Part shown: positions 16,653-24,709 of the stretch, in pieces
How positions within the stretch are numbered: the stretch's first letter is position 1
Layout: every line of letters begins with the position of its first letter
Made by a program: the position numbers and the translations under genes
Notes under the pieces: model-generated
Seen by the model: the letters and a program-made list of their open reading frames with translations, nothing else
Told to the model about the DNA's origin: nothing
The model's database searches: none
Source: a virus
Lineage: Duplodnaviria; Caudoviricetes
IMG/VR virus record: IMGVR_UViG_3300050003_000007
Span: 1 to 43,094 of that record
Direction: 5' to 3' (one strand)
Length of the DNA stretch: 43,094 nucleotides

Positions 16653-16909
16653 CAGTTCTCTTCGGTGGAGTTCTTTCGGTCCTTGATCTTCTGAAAGAAG
16701 ATAACCATTTCATCGATCTGATTGCTGGTGTACTGGCTTGTCAGTTCGCCAATGGCACCTCCGATCGCAGCGCTCGCTGCCGCGACGGTCACCTTATCGG
16801 TGATGGTCTCGGTTGCGACGTTGCTTTCGATGATACCTTTGACGACCTTAGCTGTTCCAACGCTCACAACGAGCGAAACGGCCTTCTTCAGGATTTCAAT
16901 CTTCTTCAT
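16652..16909 (-). CDS. Small hydrophobic protein in a promoter-terminator cassette
   Basis: Start MKKIEIL with GAAAGGA RBS; 85 aa. Confidence 0.75.
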   Translation of the reverse strand: MKKIEILKKAVSLVVSVGTAKVVKGIIESNVATETITDKVTVAAASAAIGGAIGELTSQYTSNQIDEMVIFFQKIKDRKNSTEEN

Positions 16910-16926
16910 GATCTTCCTTTCAGAGT

Positions 16927-16958
16927 GGGTCTCATTATAGGCCGTGTAATTCTTGCGA
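16927..16958 (-). promoter_or_regulatory. Phage promoter-like motif copy 4 (TCGCAAGAATTACACGGCCTATAATGAGACCC)
   Basis: Repeated intergenic motif just upstream of the RBS. Confidence 0.75.
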
Positions 16959-16959
16959 G

Positions 16960-17060
16960 TGAGGGGCACGTTTTGTCGTCAGTTGTCGTTTAAGATTCGC
17001 GTCTGGAATAGATAGGAGACCTCCGCCCGTGGCAAGCGGCTATCTCGCGAATGCCCCTCA
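16960..17060 (-). ncRNA. Candidate structured RNA (multi-stem)
   Basis: TGAGGGGCA/TGCCCCTCA, ATTCGCG/CGCGAAT, AGATAG/CTATCT and CCGCTT/GGGCGG nested stems fill the intergenic gap. Confidence 0.45.
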
Positions 17061-17063
17061 TCG

Positions 17064-17615
17064 TTACTGCGGGTTCCTGTTCGACCTCATCTGGAACGCC
17101 TCGACCAGTTCCGCCTGGGACATGTTGCGGAGCTCGACCTGCGTGGGCTCTCGACCCTCACTAACCCAGGCCGGTCGCTCGTCCTTCACGCCGGGGTCCT
17201 TGAAAGGGTCCGGTGCCGCACCGGTCTGCTTGGCGAGCTGAGCCTGCATTTCCTTTTGCATGCTTTCCGGGATGAGGTTTCGAACGAAGTCCGCGGAGGC
17301 CTCCGCGTTCGTCGACAACTCCATCAGGAGCTCGTCGTAGGCCGGAGAGTCGAACAGCATGCTCCGGGCCTCGTCGTCCTTAATGAAGCGCTGGCCGTCC
17401 TCGGATCGGACGCCGACGGACATCCGGATGAGCTCTCGCATCTCCTGCAGGATGGCCTTCCCGTCCTTGGCCTCTGTGATCCGCTTGATTCGGTCCATGA
17501 TGACAGTGCTGTCGGCGGCCATCTCGAGCAGCTCTGCCTTCGACATGTGGAAGTAGAACACCTGGGCGTTCTGTACTCCGTTGAAGTCCTTGTATTCGAT
17601 CGTCTTCGAAAACAT
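17064..17615 (-). CDS. Hypothetical protein, possibly a displaced tail assembly chaperone
   Basis: Start MFSKTIEYKDFNG...FYFHMSKAEL...SEDGQRFIK...SPAYDELLMEL; AAGGAG RBS. Confidence 0.7.
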   Translation of the reverse strand: MFSKTIEYKDFNGVQNAQVFYFHMSKAELLEMAADSTVIMDRIKRITEAKDGKAILQEMRELIRMSVGVRSEDGQRFIKDDEARSMLFDSPAYDELLMELSTNAEASADFVRNLIPESMQKEMQAQLAKQTGAAPDPFKDPGVKDERPAWVSEGREPTQVELRNMSQAELVEAFQMRSNRNPQ

Positions 17616-17623
17616 TGTTCTCC

Positions 17624-18391
17624 TTACTGACAGCGATCGTAGCCGCTGGTGGGCGCGGTTTTGAAAGACATGGCGATCGCCGGTCGTCCGTCTTTGAGTA
17701 TTGTGGCGGTGTATGTGACGTCGAGGAGCGCGTCCGTATTCCATCCCACGCCGTCCGAGAATGATGTCGGGGTCAGCCCGATCTCCTCGTAGAATTCGGA
17801 CAACGTGGCGAAGTAGAAGTTGTTGACCTTGTGGTTGATGTCATTGACGGCCTTACGGATCTTCTCCATCTCGTTCTTGAAGAAGCGTCCCGATAGATCG
17901 TCGTAAAACACGACTTCCGGCCCAGAAATGATGATGGTCTCTGCTCCACCATTTCTATCCATTCGGTCTGCGGCCAACTCGGCGCGCATTTTTTCTTCCT
18001 TCTGAGCCCCCAACGTCTTCACGACGCGGTCCTTATATTCCTCGGTCAACTGCTCCGAGAGTTTGAACGCCGCAGCGATCGCCGCAGTTCGACGCGTGCC
18101 GATGTGATTTGCGGCGATGATACAGGTGATTGTGGTGGCACCGACCGCCGCTGCCGGAACGAATTCCTTCCAGAAAAGTTGGATCTTTTCCTTGGGATCC
18201 ACCACAATAAAGTCTCCTTTGTTGTCGAGTTCCCGTTCCATGGCAGCGATTTTCAATCCAGTTGAATATGCGGCCTTACCGGTCAGGATGGCGGTCGTGA
18301 TCGTCCCCGCCACACCCAGACCCGTCAGGATCCCCGGGGAGTTCTGGGTAACGAACCGTTCGACGCTGTGGAACAGGGCCTTGACTGTCAT
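17624..18391 (-). CDS. DUF6353-like phage protein (paralogue of 15057-15956)
   Basis: NSPGILTGLGVAG; FYDDLSGRFF; TLSEFYEEIGL...GVGW. Confidence 0.75.
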   Translation of the reverse strand: MTVKALFHSVERFVTQNSPGILTGLGVAGTITTAILTGKAAYSTGLKIAAMERELDNKGDFIVVDPKEKIQLFWKEFVPAAAVGATTITCIIAANHIGTRRTAAIAAAFKLSEQLTEEYKDRVVKTLGAQKEEKMRAELAADRMDRNGGAETIIISGPEVVFYDDLSGRFFKNEMEKIRKAVNDINHKVNNFYFATLSEFYEEIGLTPTSFSDGVGWNTDALLDVTYTATILKDGRPAIAMSFKTAPTSGYDRCQ

Positions 18392-18569
18392 CCGTTTCTT
18401 CTTCCTCTTCGAATTCCGCGTATTCGAGCTGTAGCTTGATTCTTTCGAGTCGAAGTCGTTCGGCCGCTCTATCCGACATCCCTTCGACGATCTTGTACAG
18501 GATGGCGAATACCAGCAACATCCCGATCATGCACAGGATCAATCGCGCGATTTCGTATTCAGGTAGCAT
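18276..18569 (-). CDS. Small membrane protein
   Basis: TM helix ILCMIGMLLVFAILY then a coiled coil; 3' end overlaps the next gene by 116 nt, so the end is uncertain. Confidence 0.5.
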   Translation of the reverse strand: MLPEYEIARLILCMIGMLLVFAILYKIVEGMSDRAAERLRLERIKLQLEYAEFEEEEETDDSQGPVPQRRTVRYPELPGDPDGSGCGGDDHDRHPDR

Positions 18570-19035
18570 GATTCAGAACCACCATTCTTGTCATTCCCAT
18601 GGCCTTGAGTTCGAACGACATGACGCCGTCGCCGACGATGAATTCCTTGGATATCGCCTGCGACATGACCGCCTTGTCGACCTCGATCTTGTCGGACTTC
18701 ACAACCTCGCCGTCGTCCGCGGAGTCCACGAACGTACCCATCCAGTAGATCATCGAGACGCCTTCGTTCTCCATCAGGATCTCGATCGTGTTGTTTTGCA
18801 CGGTGGCAGTCATGACGGCGCCGTCGCCACTGTCAGCCGTCCATGTTCCGTTGAGACTTTGCAGGGGTATGTCCACCTGGGCGTTGGGGGTCTCGGTCTG
18901 ACCGGGATGATATTCGACCGTCGAAACACCCGGCGAGCTCAGCCACAGGGCCAGAACTGCGAAACCCCCGCCGGTCACGAGAGCAATCGCGCTGAAAAGA
19001 ATGACGAGGTTACGAACGGACTTGTTTTTGGACAT
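18559..19035 (-). CDS. Membrane-anchored exported beta-rich protein
   Basis: Basic N-terminus, TM helix, LNGTW beta domain; AAAGGAG RBS. Confidence 0.75.
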   Translation of the reverse strand: MSKNKSVRNLVILFSAIALVTGGGFAVLALWLSSPGVSTVEYHPGQTETPNAQVDIPLQSLNGTWTADSGDGAVMTATVQNNTIEILMENEGVSMIYWMGTFVDSADDGEVVKSDKIEVDKAVMSQAISKEFIVGDGVMSFELKAMGMTRMVVLNHAT

Positions 19036-19066
19036 TTCTTTCTCCTTTGAGGTTACGACCCTACGG

Positions 19067-19097
19067 AAAACCTAAACCCCTTGTCGGGGTGTTAGGT
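19067..19097 (-). terminator. Intrinsic terminator (repeat family)
   Basis: ACCTAACACCCC-GACAA-GGGGTTTAGGTTTT. Confidence 0.75.
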
Positions 19098-19099
19098 GT

Positions 19100-19321
19100 C
19101 TACTTGATCTTTGCCTTGGCGGCAACAACTGCAATTTCGCAGATGGTTTTCAGTACACGGTTGGCAGCGACCACACCGCCGATAACCGCGACGGCTTTGA
19201 TCGTGTTCTCCGTGATGATCTCAGCGATCTCAGCGGGGTCCACGGGCATAGTGTCGTAGTTGTCGTTGGGGAGGTCCTTGTCCTTCGTGAACTTTACCTG
19301 CATTGTGCGGTTCTTGAACAT
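19100..19321 (-). CDS. Small hydrophobic protein in a promoter-terminator cassette
   Basis: 73 aa, GAAAGGA RBS. Confidence 0.75.
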   Translation of the reverse strand: MFKNRTMQVKFTKDKDLPNDNYDTMPVDPAEIAEIITENTIKAVAVIGGVVAANRVLKTICEIAVVAAKAKIK

Positions 19322-19339
19322 GGCTTAAATCCTTTCGTA

Positions 19340-19371
19340 GGGTCTCATTATAAGCCATGTAATTCTTGCGA
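19340..19371 (-). promoter_or_regulatory. Phage promoter-like motif copy 3 (TCGCAAGAATTACATGGCTTATAATGAGACCC)
   Basis: Repeated intergenic motif. Confidence 0.75.
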
Positions 19372-19542
19372 TTACTTTTTCTTTTTGGTGGTCCCAACAA
19401 GAACCCATTCTTTCCCCGCACGAACGGGAAGTTTCTTTCGAGCATGCGCCGGATTCTTTGCTCTGATTATGCGAGAAGGTGCACTTTCATCAATAGTCCG
19501 TATGCCTTCCCAGTCGTACGCCTGCTTGAAAATGTAAAACAA
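19372..19542 (-). CDS. 56-aa basic protein
   Basis: TTG start after GGGGAG; FYIFKQAYDW...IIRAKNPAHARKKL; fills the gap between terminator and promoter. Confidence 0.55.
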   Translation of the reverse strand: MFYIFKQAYDWEGIRTIDESAPSRIIRAKNPAHARKKLPVRAGKEWVLVGTTKKKK

Positions 19543-19559
19543 ATCGTCTCCCCAAAACG

Positions 19560-19590
19560 AAAACCTAAAGCCCTTGGGGGGCTTTAGATG
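19560..19590 (-). terminator. Intrinsic terminator (repeat family)
   Basis: ATCTAAAGCCC-CCCAA-GGGCTTTAGGTTTT. Confidence 0.7.
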
Positions 19591-19592
19591 TG

Positions 19593-19754
19593 TCAGTTGG
19601 TTTCGACCTTCAGCGGGCTTTCCTTGGCGGCCTTCTTGATCTGGGATTCGGTGCGAATCGTCTTGAACGTCTTGTAGATCTCGACACCCGCGTGGGCGGT
19701 GGTGGCGACAGCAACAGTGACGTACAGGGCGAAGACGAGCTTGTCCTTGGTCAT
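19593..19754 (-). CDS. 53-aa single-TM protein in a promoter-terminator cassette
   Basis: Start MTKDKLVFALYVTVAVA with GAAAGGA RBS. Confidence 0.7.
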   Translation of the reverse strand: MTKDKLVFALYVTVAVATTAHAGVEIYKTFKTIRTESQIKKAAKESPLKVETN

Positions 19755-19778
19755 GAGGGTTCCTTTCAAAGTTACATG

Positions 19779-19810
19779 GGGTCTCATTATAGCGCTTGTA
19801 AAACTTGCGA
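19779..19810 (-). promoter_or_regulatory. Phage promoter-like motif copy 2 (TCGCAAGTTTTACAAGCGCTATAATGAGACCC)
   Basis: Repeated intergenic motif. Confidence 0.75.
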
Positions 19811-19839
19811 ATGAAAATATATAACGTGTAAAACACCCG

Positions 19840-19876
19840 AAAACCATATGACGTGTGGGGGATACACGTCATACGG
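19840..19876 (-). terminator. Intrinsic terminator
   Basis: CCGTATGACGTGT-loop-ACACGTCATATGG-TTTT. Confidence 0.75.
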
Positions 19877-19902
19877 CTTCGAGCTTCTTGCGGTTGGCTT
19901 GT

Positions 19903-20316
19903 TCAGAGGATCTTCTTCAGAAGCCCGAAGGTCTTCGTCGCGATCACGTGGGCTCGTTCGTGGTTCAGAATCATGAACATCCCAGCGAGGTGCGTTCCGA
20001 CATTCAACCAAGTCTCCAGGCTGATGGTGTCCTTGTTGCGCATTTCCATGAGCTTGGCACTTGCGGCGACCGCCTTGCTGTAGTCTTCGGTCTTGTTCCT
20101 CCGAAGCTGGTACAGTTTGGCGGCCGCGTTGGCCATTTTGTCGTACTCTTCGTCATACGCTGTCAAGTTTGTCATCAGCTCAAAGAGCTTTTTGATTTGA
20201 ATGTCGAGTTCGTGTTCTACCTCGTCTTTGATGTCCGTTCGATCCATCACCTGGAACGAGCGCATGATCTGCGAATCGAGTTCCTTCTCGACTTCGTCTT
20301 CTTCTCGCTTGAACAT
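19903..20316 (-). CDS. Hypothetical protein with internal duplications
   Basis: Start MFKREEDE with GAAAGGA RBS; C-terminal hydrophobic segment ending ILNHERAHVI. Confidence 0.75.
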   Translation of the reverse strand: MFKREEDEVEKELDSQIMRSFQVMDRTDIKDEVEHELDIQIKKLFELMTNLTAYDEEYDKMANAAAKLYQLRRNKTEDYSKAVAASAKLMEMRNKDTISLETWLNVGTHLAGMFMILNHERAHVIATKTFGLLKKIL

Positions 20317-20331
20317 GGCTAGTCCTTTCAG

Positions 20332-20363
20332 TGGTCTCATTACTAGCCATGTATTTCTTGCGA
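20332..20363 (-). promoter_or_regulatory. Phage promoter-like motif copy 1 (TCGCAAGAAATACATGGCTAGTAATGAGACCA)
   Basis: Begins immediately after the holin stop; marks the boundary between virion and non-virion genes. Confidence 0.7.
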
Positions 20364-20726
20364 TCACTCCAGAATGACCTCACGACGAACGTTCAGAACC
20401 ACGTGACCACCGTCCTGGAAGATGGGGTTCTCCTGAAGTCCCACGATCCTCATGCCCATGGGGGCTCCGGTCTGGTCCTGCTTCACCACGAGTTCGCCGA
20501 ATACTTCTTCGTCCTGAGCCTTGTAGTTACTTGCGCTCTTGCCCAGGATCGCACCCAGGAAGGAGTCCACCAGCGTGATGACACCCGCCACGCTGGTTGC
20601 GCCGGTCCAGGGAAGCAACACCCCCAGTCCCAAGACGAGGGTTGCCACGGCGGGCAGCAGGACCAGCGCGACGAACTTCAGGAAGTCGTACAGTTTGGGT
20701 GGGATGGTGAAACCGGTGTTATCCAT
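20364..20726 (-). CDS. Holin (Dp-1 holin-like N-terminus)
   Basis: KLYDFLKFVALVLLPAVATL, two TM helices, FLGAILG-x-S-x-x-NY. Confidence 0.8.
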   Translation of the reverse strand: MDNTGFTIPPKLYDFLKFVALVLLPAVATLVLGLGVLLPWTGATSVAGVITLVDSFLGAILGKSASNYKAQDEEVFGELVVKQDQTGAPMGMRIVGLQENPIFQDGGHVVLNVRREVILE

Positions 20727-20997
20727 GTGTGTTTTCCTGTTCTAATAGCGATACCCGCCTTCTGAGAGCTTCATTATCGGCTCTCAAATCTTTTACTTCT
20801 TGGCGGAGTTCTTTGATTTCTTCGTCTTGCCTTTCGATCGTCTCTACGTCCATCTTACGTGCTCGATTGTAAGCTTCAGTTTCGGCTTCCGTTCGAGCAC
20901 TGTATTTTGCAGCATTCTGAGCAGCTCTACCCGCCAACCATGCGGATATGACACCGATGGCAGCTATGACGACACCAGCCCAATTAAACTGGTCCAC
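20719..20997 (-). CDS. Membrane protein with coiled coil (lysis cassette)
   Basis: N-terminal TM helix, heptad-repeat C-terminus. Confidence 0.75.
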   Translation of the reverse strand: MDQFNWAGVVIAAIGVISAWLAGRAAQNAAKYSARTEAETEAYNRARKMDVETIERQDEEIKELRQEVKDLRADNEALRRRVSLLEQENTHG

Positions 20998-21418
20998 GAC
21001 TGCCTACCGCGGTGTTATCGGGATTCAATAGTCCAGAAATGGCCCACCACATGAAGGCGAGCAATGCCCACACCAATGTTCCCGAAACATTGACGGATGG
21101 AGCATGGTAGAACATCAACCCCATCAAATATGATGTCGACCAGGCCGAAGATAGTCCAGTCAACATCATGTATCCCCAGGTTTCCGCAAAGGGAGGCCAT
21201 CGAGATGAAATCGAAGCCAGGATACCCGAGGTCAAAAATATCGCGCCCCAAAACTGAATAGGAGCAAATTGTAGAACCGCGACCAATGAACGATCGCGAT
21301 TGGGGTTTGGTTCCGCGATGATGTATTGATACCCAATCACCGCGTACATGATTCCGGCCACCATCAAAATCGTACTATGACGTTTCCAGGGTCGCAAACC
21401 CCAAAACTTTCGGCGCAT
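20984..21418 (-). CDS. Four-TM membrane protein (lysis cassette)
   Basis: Start MRRKFWG just after the upstream stop; four hydrophobic segments. Confidence 0.75.
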   Translation of the reverse strand: MRRKFWGLRPWKRHSTILMVAGIMYAVIGYQYIIAEPNPNRDRSLVAVLQFAPIQFWGAIFLTSGILASISSRWPPFAETWGYMMLTGLSSAWSTSYLMGLMFYHAPSVNVSGTLVWALLAFMWWAISGLLNPDNTAVGSRGPV

Positions 21419-21420
21419 CC

Positions 21421-22407
21421 TTACACCGAAGTTCTCTTCCATACTCCTGCCGTCTTCACCCACGGCTCTGCCACCTTCCATACGCCGCCATCCCGCACAT
21501 ATGGAACTGCACGTTTCCACTCTGTGCCCACTAAAATGCGAGCCCCCGCGATCAGATCGACTCGAGCACTTGCAGACCAAGGGCCCCATCCAACTGAATT
21601 TCTTGCTCGCCCCCAGAAGTAATAAGTACCTCCTGGGTCCAAATCTTCGAACAAATACTGACCCCCCGACGGAGTTACCGTCAAGAATCCAGTAGAACCT
21701 GTCGGATCTTTGCTGTAGCCTATTTGACGTTCCAGAATCGGAGGATCGTTGCTGCGGGAGGCATACACAAAGAGCAATTCAACCGATGTTTGGCTTTTGT
21801 CAAGAATTCCTGCTTTAGCGGGAGCGCTGGGCACCATCCATGTGACGCCTTCGCCATTGTTCGACCAACCACTCCAACCAAGAGCGTTTCTGGCACGTGA
21901 CCAGAAAAATACTCGTTGACCGGGATAGAAACCACCAACATCGGTAGTACCATCAGACGTTACAGTCGCTACCGGTCCTCCCAGCGAGAAACCGTAACCA
22001 ATCTGATATTCCAGAATCGGTGAGCCACCATCGTAATTCCCGTAAAACACCACATGGAATGCAGTATCCGATATAGGAGTTACTGAGACCAAAGTGGGCG
22101 TAGCGGGAGTGGTAGAGCGCTGAATATGCTGGAAGAAATCTGTGGTTCCCCAGCCAAGTCCAGCGCCTTCGATCGTGAACCGAATTGTTTGATCGTAAGT
22201 GACGTACACCGACCCGAAATGCTGCCAGTTACCGCCTCTGAGAAGACGAAATTTCTGTCGAGAACCCGTACCATTGGCGCCCCAAGACCACCATTGATCG
22301 TTGTTCCATGTCTGTGATCCGGTCTTGAACCAGAATTCGACCCATCCGCCAAGATCGCGGATCATCATGACATTGGGGCCACCGATACCCAGCGTGTAGT
22401 CAACCAT
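21421..22407 (-). CDS. Minor tail protein with two fibronectin type III domains
   Basis: DGGSPILEYQI, RARNALGWSGWS, LDPGGTYYFWGRARNSVGWGPWS. Confidence 0.8.
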   Translation of the reverse strand: MVDYTLGIGGPNVMMIRDLGGWVEFWFKTGSQTWNNDQWWSWGANGTGSRQKFRLLRGGNWQHFGSVYVTYDQTIRFTIEGAGLGWGTTDFFQHIQRSTTPATPTLVSVTPISDTAFHVVFYGNYDGGSPILEYQIGYGFSLGGPVATVTSDGTTDVGGFYPGQRVFFWSRARNALGWSGWSNNGEGVTWMVPSAPAKAGILDKSQTSVELLFVYASRSNDPPILERQIGYSKDPTGSTGFLTVTPSGGQYLFEDLDPGGTYYFWGRARNSVGWGPWSASARVDLIAGARILVGTEWKRAVPYVRDGGVWKVAEPWVKTAGVWKRTSV

Positions 22408-22414
22408 GCGTCAC

Positions 22415-22654
22415 CTACGACAAGATCTTGAAGTAGATGTCGCCGTCCGTACCGCCTGTTGGCTCAGCGGTGCCGGAACTGATTCCGGATGCCGTTCGGT
22501 TGGCTTCCTTCGAGATGGGAATGAGCGCTTTCAGAATGGCGACGTAATCACGCGTCCGGTTGAGCTCACGAGCGCCCCATTTGACTTTGCCGTCTTCCCC
22601 GGTATCTGGCACCAGGGAAAAGCCTGCGGCTGCAGCCTGATCTCCAACAGCCAC
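22415..22654 (-). CDS. Small tail-tip / fibre adaptor protein
   Basis: GTG start MAVGDQA with GAAAGGAGG RBS; C-terminal SGTAEPTGGTDGDIYFK. Confidence 0.7.
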   Translation of the reverse strand: MAVGDQAAAAGFSLVPDTGEDGKVKWGARELNRTRDYVAILKALIPISKEANRTASGISSGTAEPTGGTDGDIYFKILS

Positions 22655-22667
22655 GAAGGCCTCCTTT

Positions 22668-23888
22668 CTACTGGTTGGACCAGTACTCTTCTGAACCCAT
22701 CGCGGACCATTCAACGTCGTACTTCCACGAGGCCCAGGTTCCGGGGTTAACGAACGATTTAGTGATCAATGACGGATAGGATGCTTCGCCTTCTCCATCA
22801 CATTTGAAGATTTGTTCCACGACCCGCATGTATGCAGTTCCGCCATCATTTCCACGGACCTCGACAATGTCGCCCAGATTGTAGTCTACCTCGTAGACAT
22901 ACGTACTGTTCTTGGCAATCTCACCGTCGTACACACTGATGGGGCGATTTCGATCTAGTTCTTCTTCGCCGAGTTTGACCAAATGCGCTGGAACATCCAC
23001 CAGATCCATATCTTCCGGAATCTGTGTGACAGACAGCAATTTCACCTTCTGATCGAATCCGCCTTCAGAGAAATTCAGCTCCGGAGCCTTCACGAACTCG
23101 ACCAAGGTGACATCGTTTTCAAACTCGTCTTTGTAGAAATACACCACCATGACAGCGTTGTAGTACTTCGCGTAGTCCGTGAATTCAGTCGTATCGATCA
23201 AGTTGGCCATATCCTGTGAGAATATAACCGGAGTGAAATCATCTTGTTGAGTCGTTCGATCGCATCCCAAGATGGGCTCGAAATATAGCTTCGATTCGTT
23301 GGGATTTTTGTAGAAACGGAATCCGATGTCGTACGCCGTGCAAATATTCCGCATGGCGGTGTATAAATCCATCGGTTTGGTAGACCACTCGAAGTCGATA
23401 GGCCAAGTATCTAGGATGTTCTCAACTGGATACAGCCCGGGATCATCGTATTGAATGAACGGGATGATATCCCCTGGATTGGACTCACCCCAGTAACAGA
23501 TGCTGAAGAAATAGAGAATCAAAAGCTCTGGAGGAGTCCATCCATAGGTATCCCATGTGACGCTGATGTTTCCAGACAAGGTGCTGTAGCTTACAGCCAG
23601 TCGTTTCTCCAGCATCACATTCAGACACCGCCCTTTCACCTTCAGGACGGTGCCCTTTTCTACGTCATCAGTCTCTTCGATCGTCTCGACGATCATCACA
23701 CGCTTGGATTGTGTGATGGACAATTTCGTGTCCGCAACGAAACGACGTTTGTTGTCCGGACTGCCCCAGGTGATTAACTCGAAATCACCCATGGAATCCC
23801 AACGTTCCGTCCACAGAAACGAGATATATCCATCTGCATCCACCACGTCGATCGGACGCAGCAGCGGATCGAGGATATAGATGTCCAT
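22668..23888 (-). CDS. Tail-tip hub protein (ReqiPepy6 Gp37-like)
   Basis: SFLWTERW...GDFEL; YEVDYNLGDIVEV; position after Dit. Confidence 0.8.
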   Translation of the reverse strand: MDIYILDPLLRPIDVVDADGYISFLWTERWDSMGDFELITWGSPDNKRRFVADTKLSITQSKRVMIVETIEETDDVEKGTVLKVKGRCLNVMLEKRLAVSYSTLSGNISVTWDTYGWTPPELLILYFFSICYWGESNPGDIIPFIQYDDPGLYPVENILDTWPIDFEWSTKPMDLYTAMRNICTAYDIGFRFYKNPNESKLYFEPILGCDRTTQQDDFTPVIFSQDMANLIDTTEFTDYAKYYNAVMVVYFYKDEFENDVTLVEFVKAPELNFSEGGFDQKVKLLSVTQIPEDMDLVDVPAHLVKLGEEELDRNRPISVYDGEIAKNSTYVYEVDYNLGDIVEVRGNDGGTAYMRVVEQIFKCDGEGEASYPSLITKSFVNPGTWASWKYDVEWSAMGSEEYWSNQ

Positions 23889-24709
23889 TACAGACCTCCA
23901 TACCTAACGATGTATTCCAAAACGTATGGAATTGGGTCTCCTTCCGCGTAAACACGGAAATTGTTCAGACCTTCGTCCAGCTGAATCCAATTTGACTGAG
24001 CGGAGCGACCGTACAAATATGAGCTGGACATTCCTGCTCGAGTCAGCGTGATACCCTTGGCACCTCGCAGCGAACTGATGACAAGAACATCATCCGCCAG
24101 CAAAGAACCAGCGAAATCGAGCTGGAGAAGATTTCCGCCTTCATCCGAGTTGTAGATCGTGAATTCCGTCAAAGGACGATTCACATTCAGAGTGACAACC
24201 GTTCCCGTTTCGACAGTCCCGGGGTAGTCGAGGACCATGCTCTCAGTATCGTCCACAGAAAGACCATCCACCTGGATAATCCTGGGATCCATGAAGTCGG
24301 GCTGATAACACATGATGGAGATGTTCACCGAAGGATCTTGCTCGAACATCGGCGAACTGAAGTCCTCGACTACCCCATCGATGTCCACATACAGCCCCGT
24401 CGAGGTGTAGAAACGGAGCTTGATTTGGGATTTGGGGAGAAAGAACGGATAAAGACCTTGCCGTAGGGTTGTGTATGTGTCGTTCACGAAATCCGGGTCA
24501 AGATCAAGTTTGATTTTGATGTTTCTCGCGCCGCGTTTTGCCGACTGGAAAACCTCTCCATCGTTGCCGGCGTAACTTGACGATGTCAGGGTGGCTTGCA
24601 CGGGCTCCAAGCCTTCAATACCGCCCACTTGATACGGGTTGTCGTCTTCGTCGATGGCGAGCGTCAGAACATTCCCCCGACGATTGGTGACTTCGACCTT
24701 GGTGAGCAC
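23888..24709 (-). CDS. Distal tail protein (Dit)
   Basis: Follows the tape measure gene; IEGLEP, RNIKI, WIQLDEGLNNF. Confidence 0.8.
   Translation of the reverse strand: MLTKVEVTNRRGNVLTLAIDEDDNPYQVGGIEGLEPVQATLTSSSYAGNDGEVFQSAKRGARNIKIKLDLDPDFVNDTYTTLRQGLYPFFLPKSQIKLRFYTSTGLYVDIDGVVEDFSSPMFEQDPSVNISIMCYQPDFMDPRIIQVDGLSVDDTESMVLDYPGTVETGTVVTLNVNRPLTEFTIYNSDEGGNLLQLDFAGSLLADDVLVISSLRGAKGITLTRAGMSSSYLYGRSAQSNWIQLDEGLNNFRVYAEGDPIPYVLEYIVRYGGL

Noticed and set aside
16969-16992. CUGACGA hammerhead-like core and a tmRNA-tag-like AAACGACAAC stretch
   Set aside because: No stem II-GAAA follows; no tRNA-like domain, CCA end or tag ORF; far too short for tmRNA
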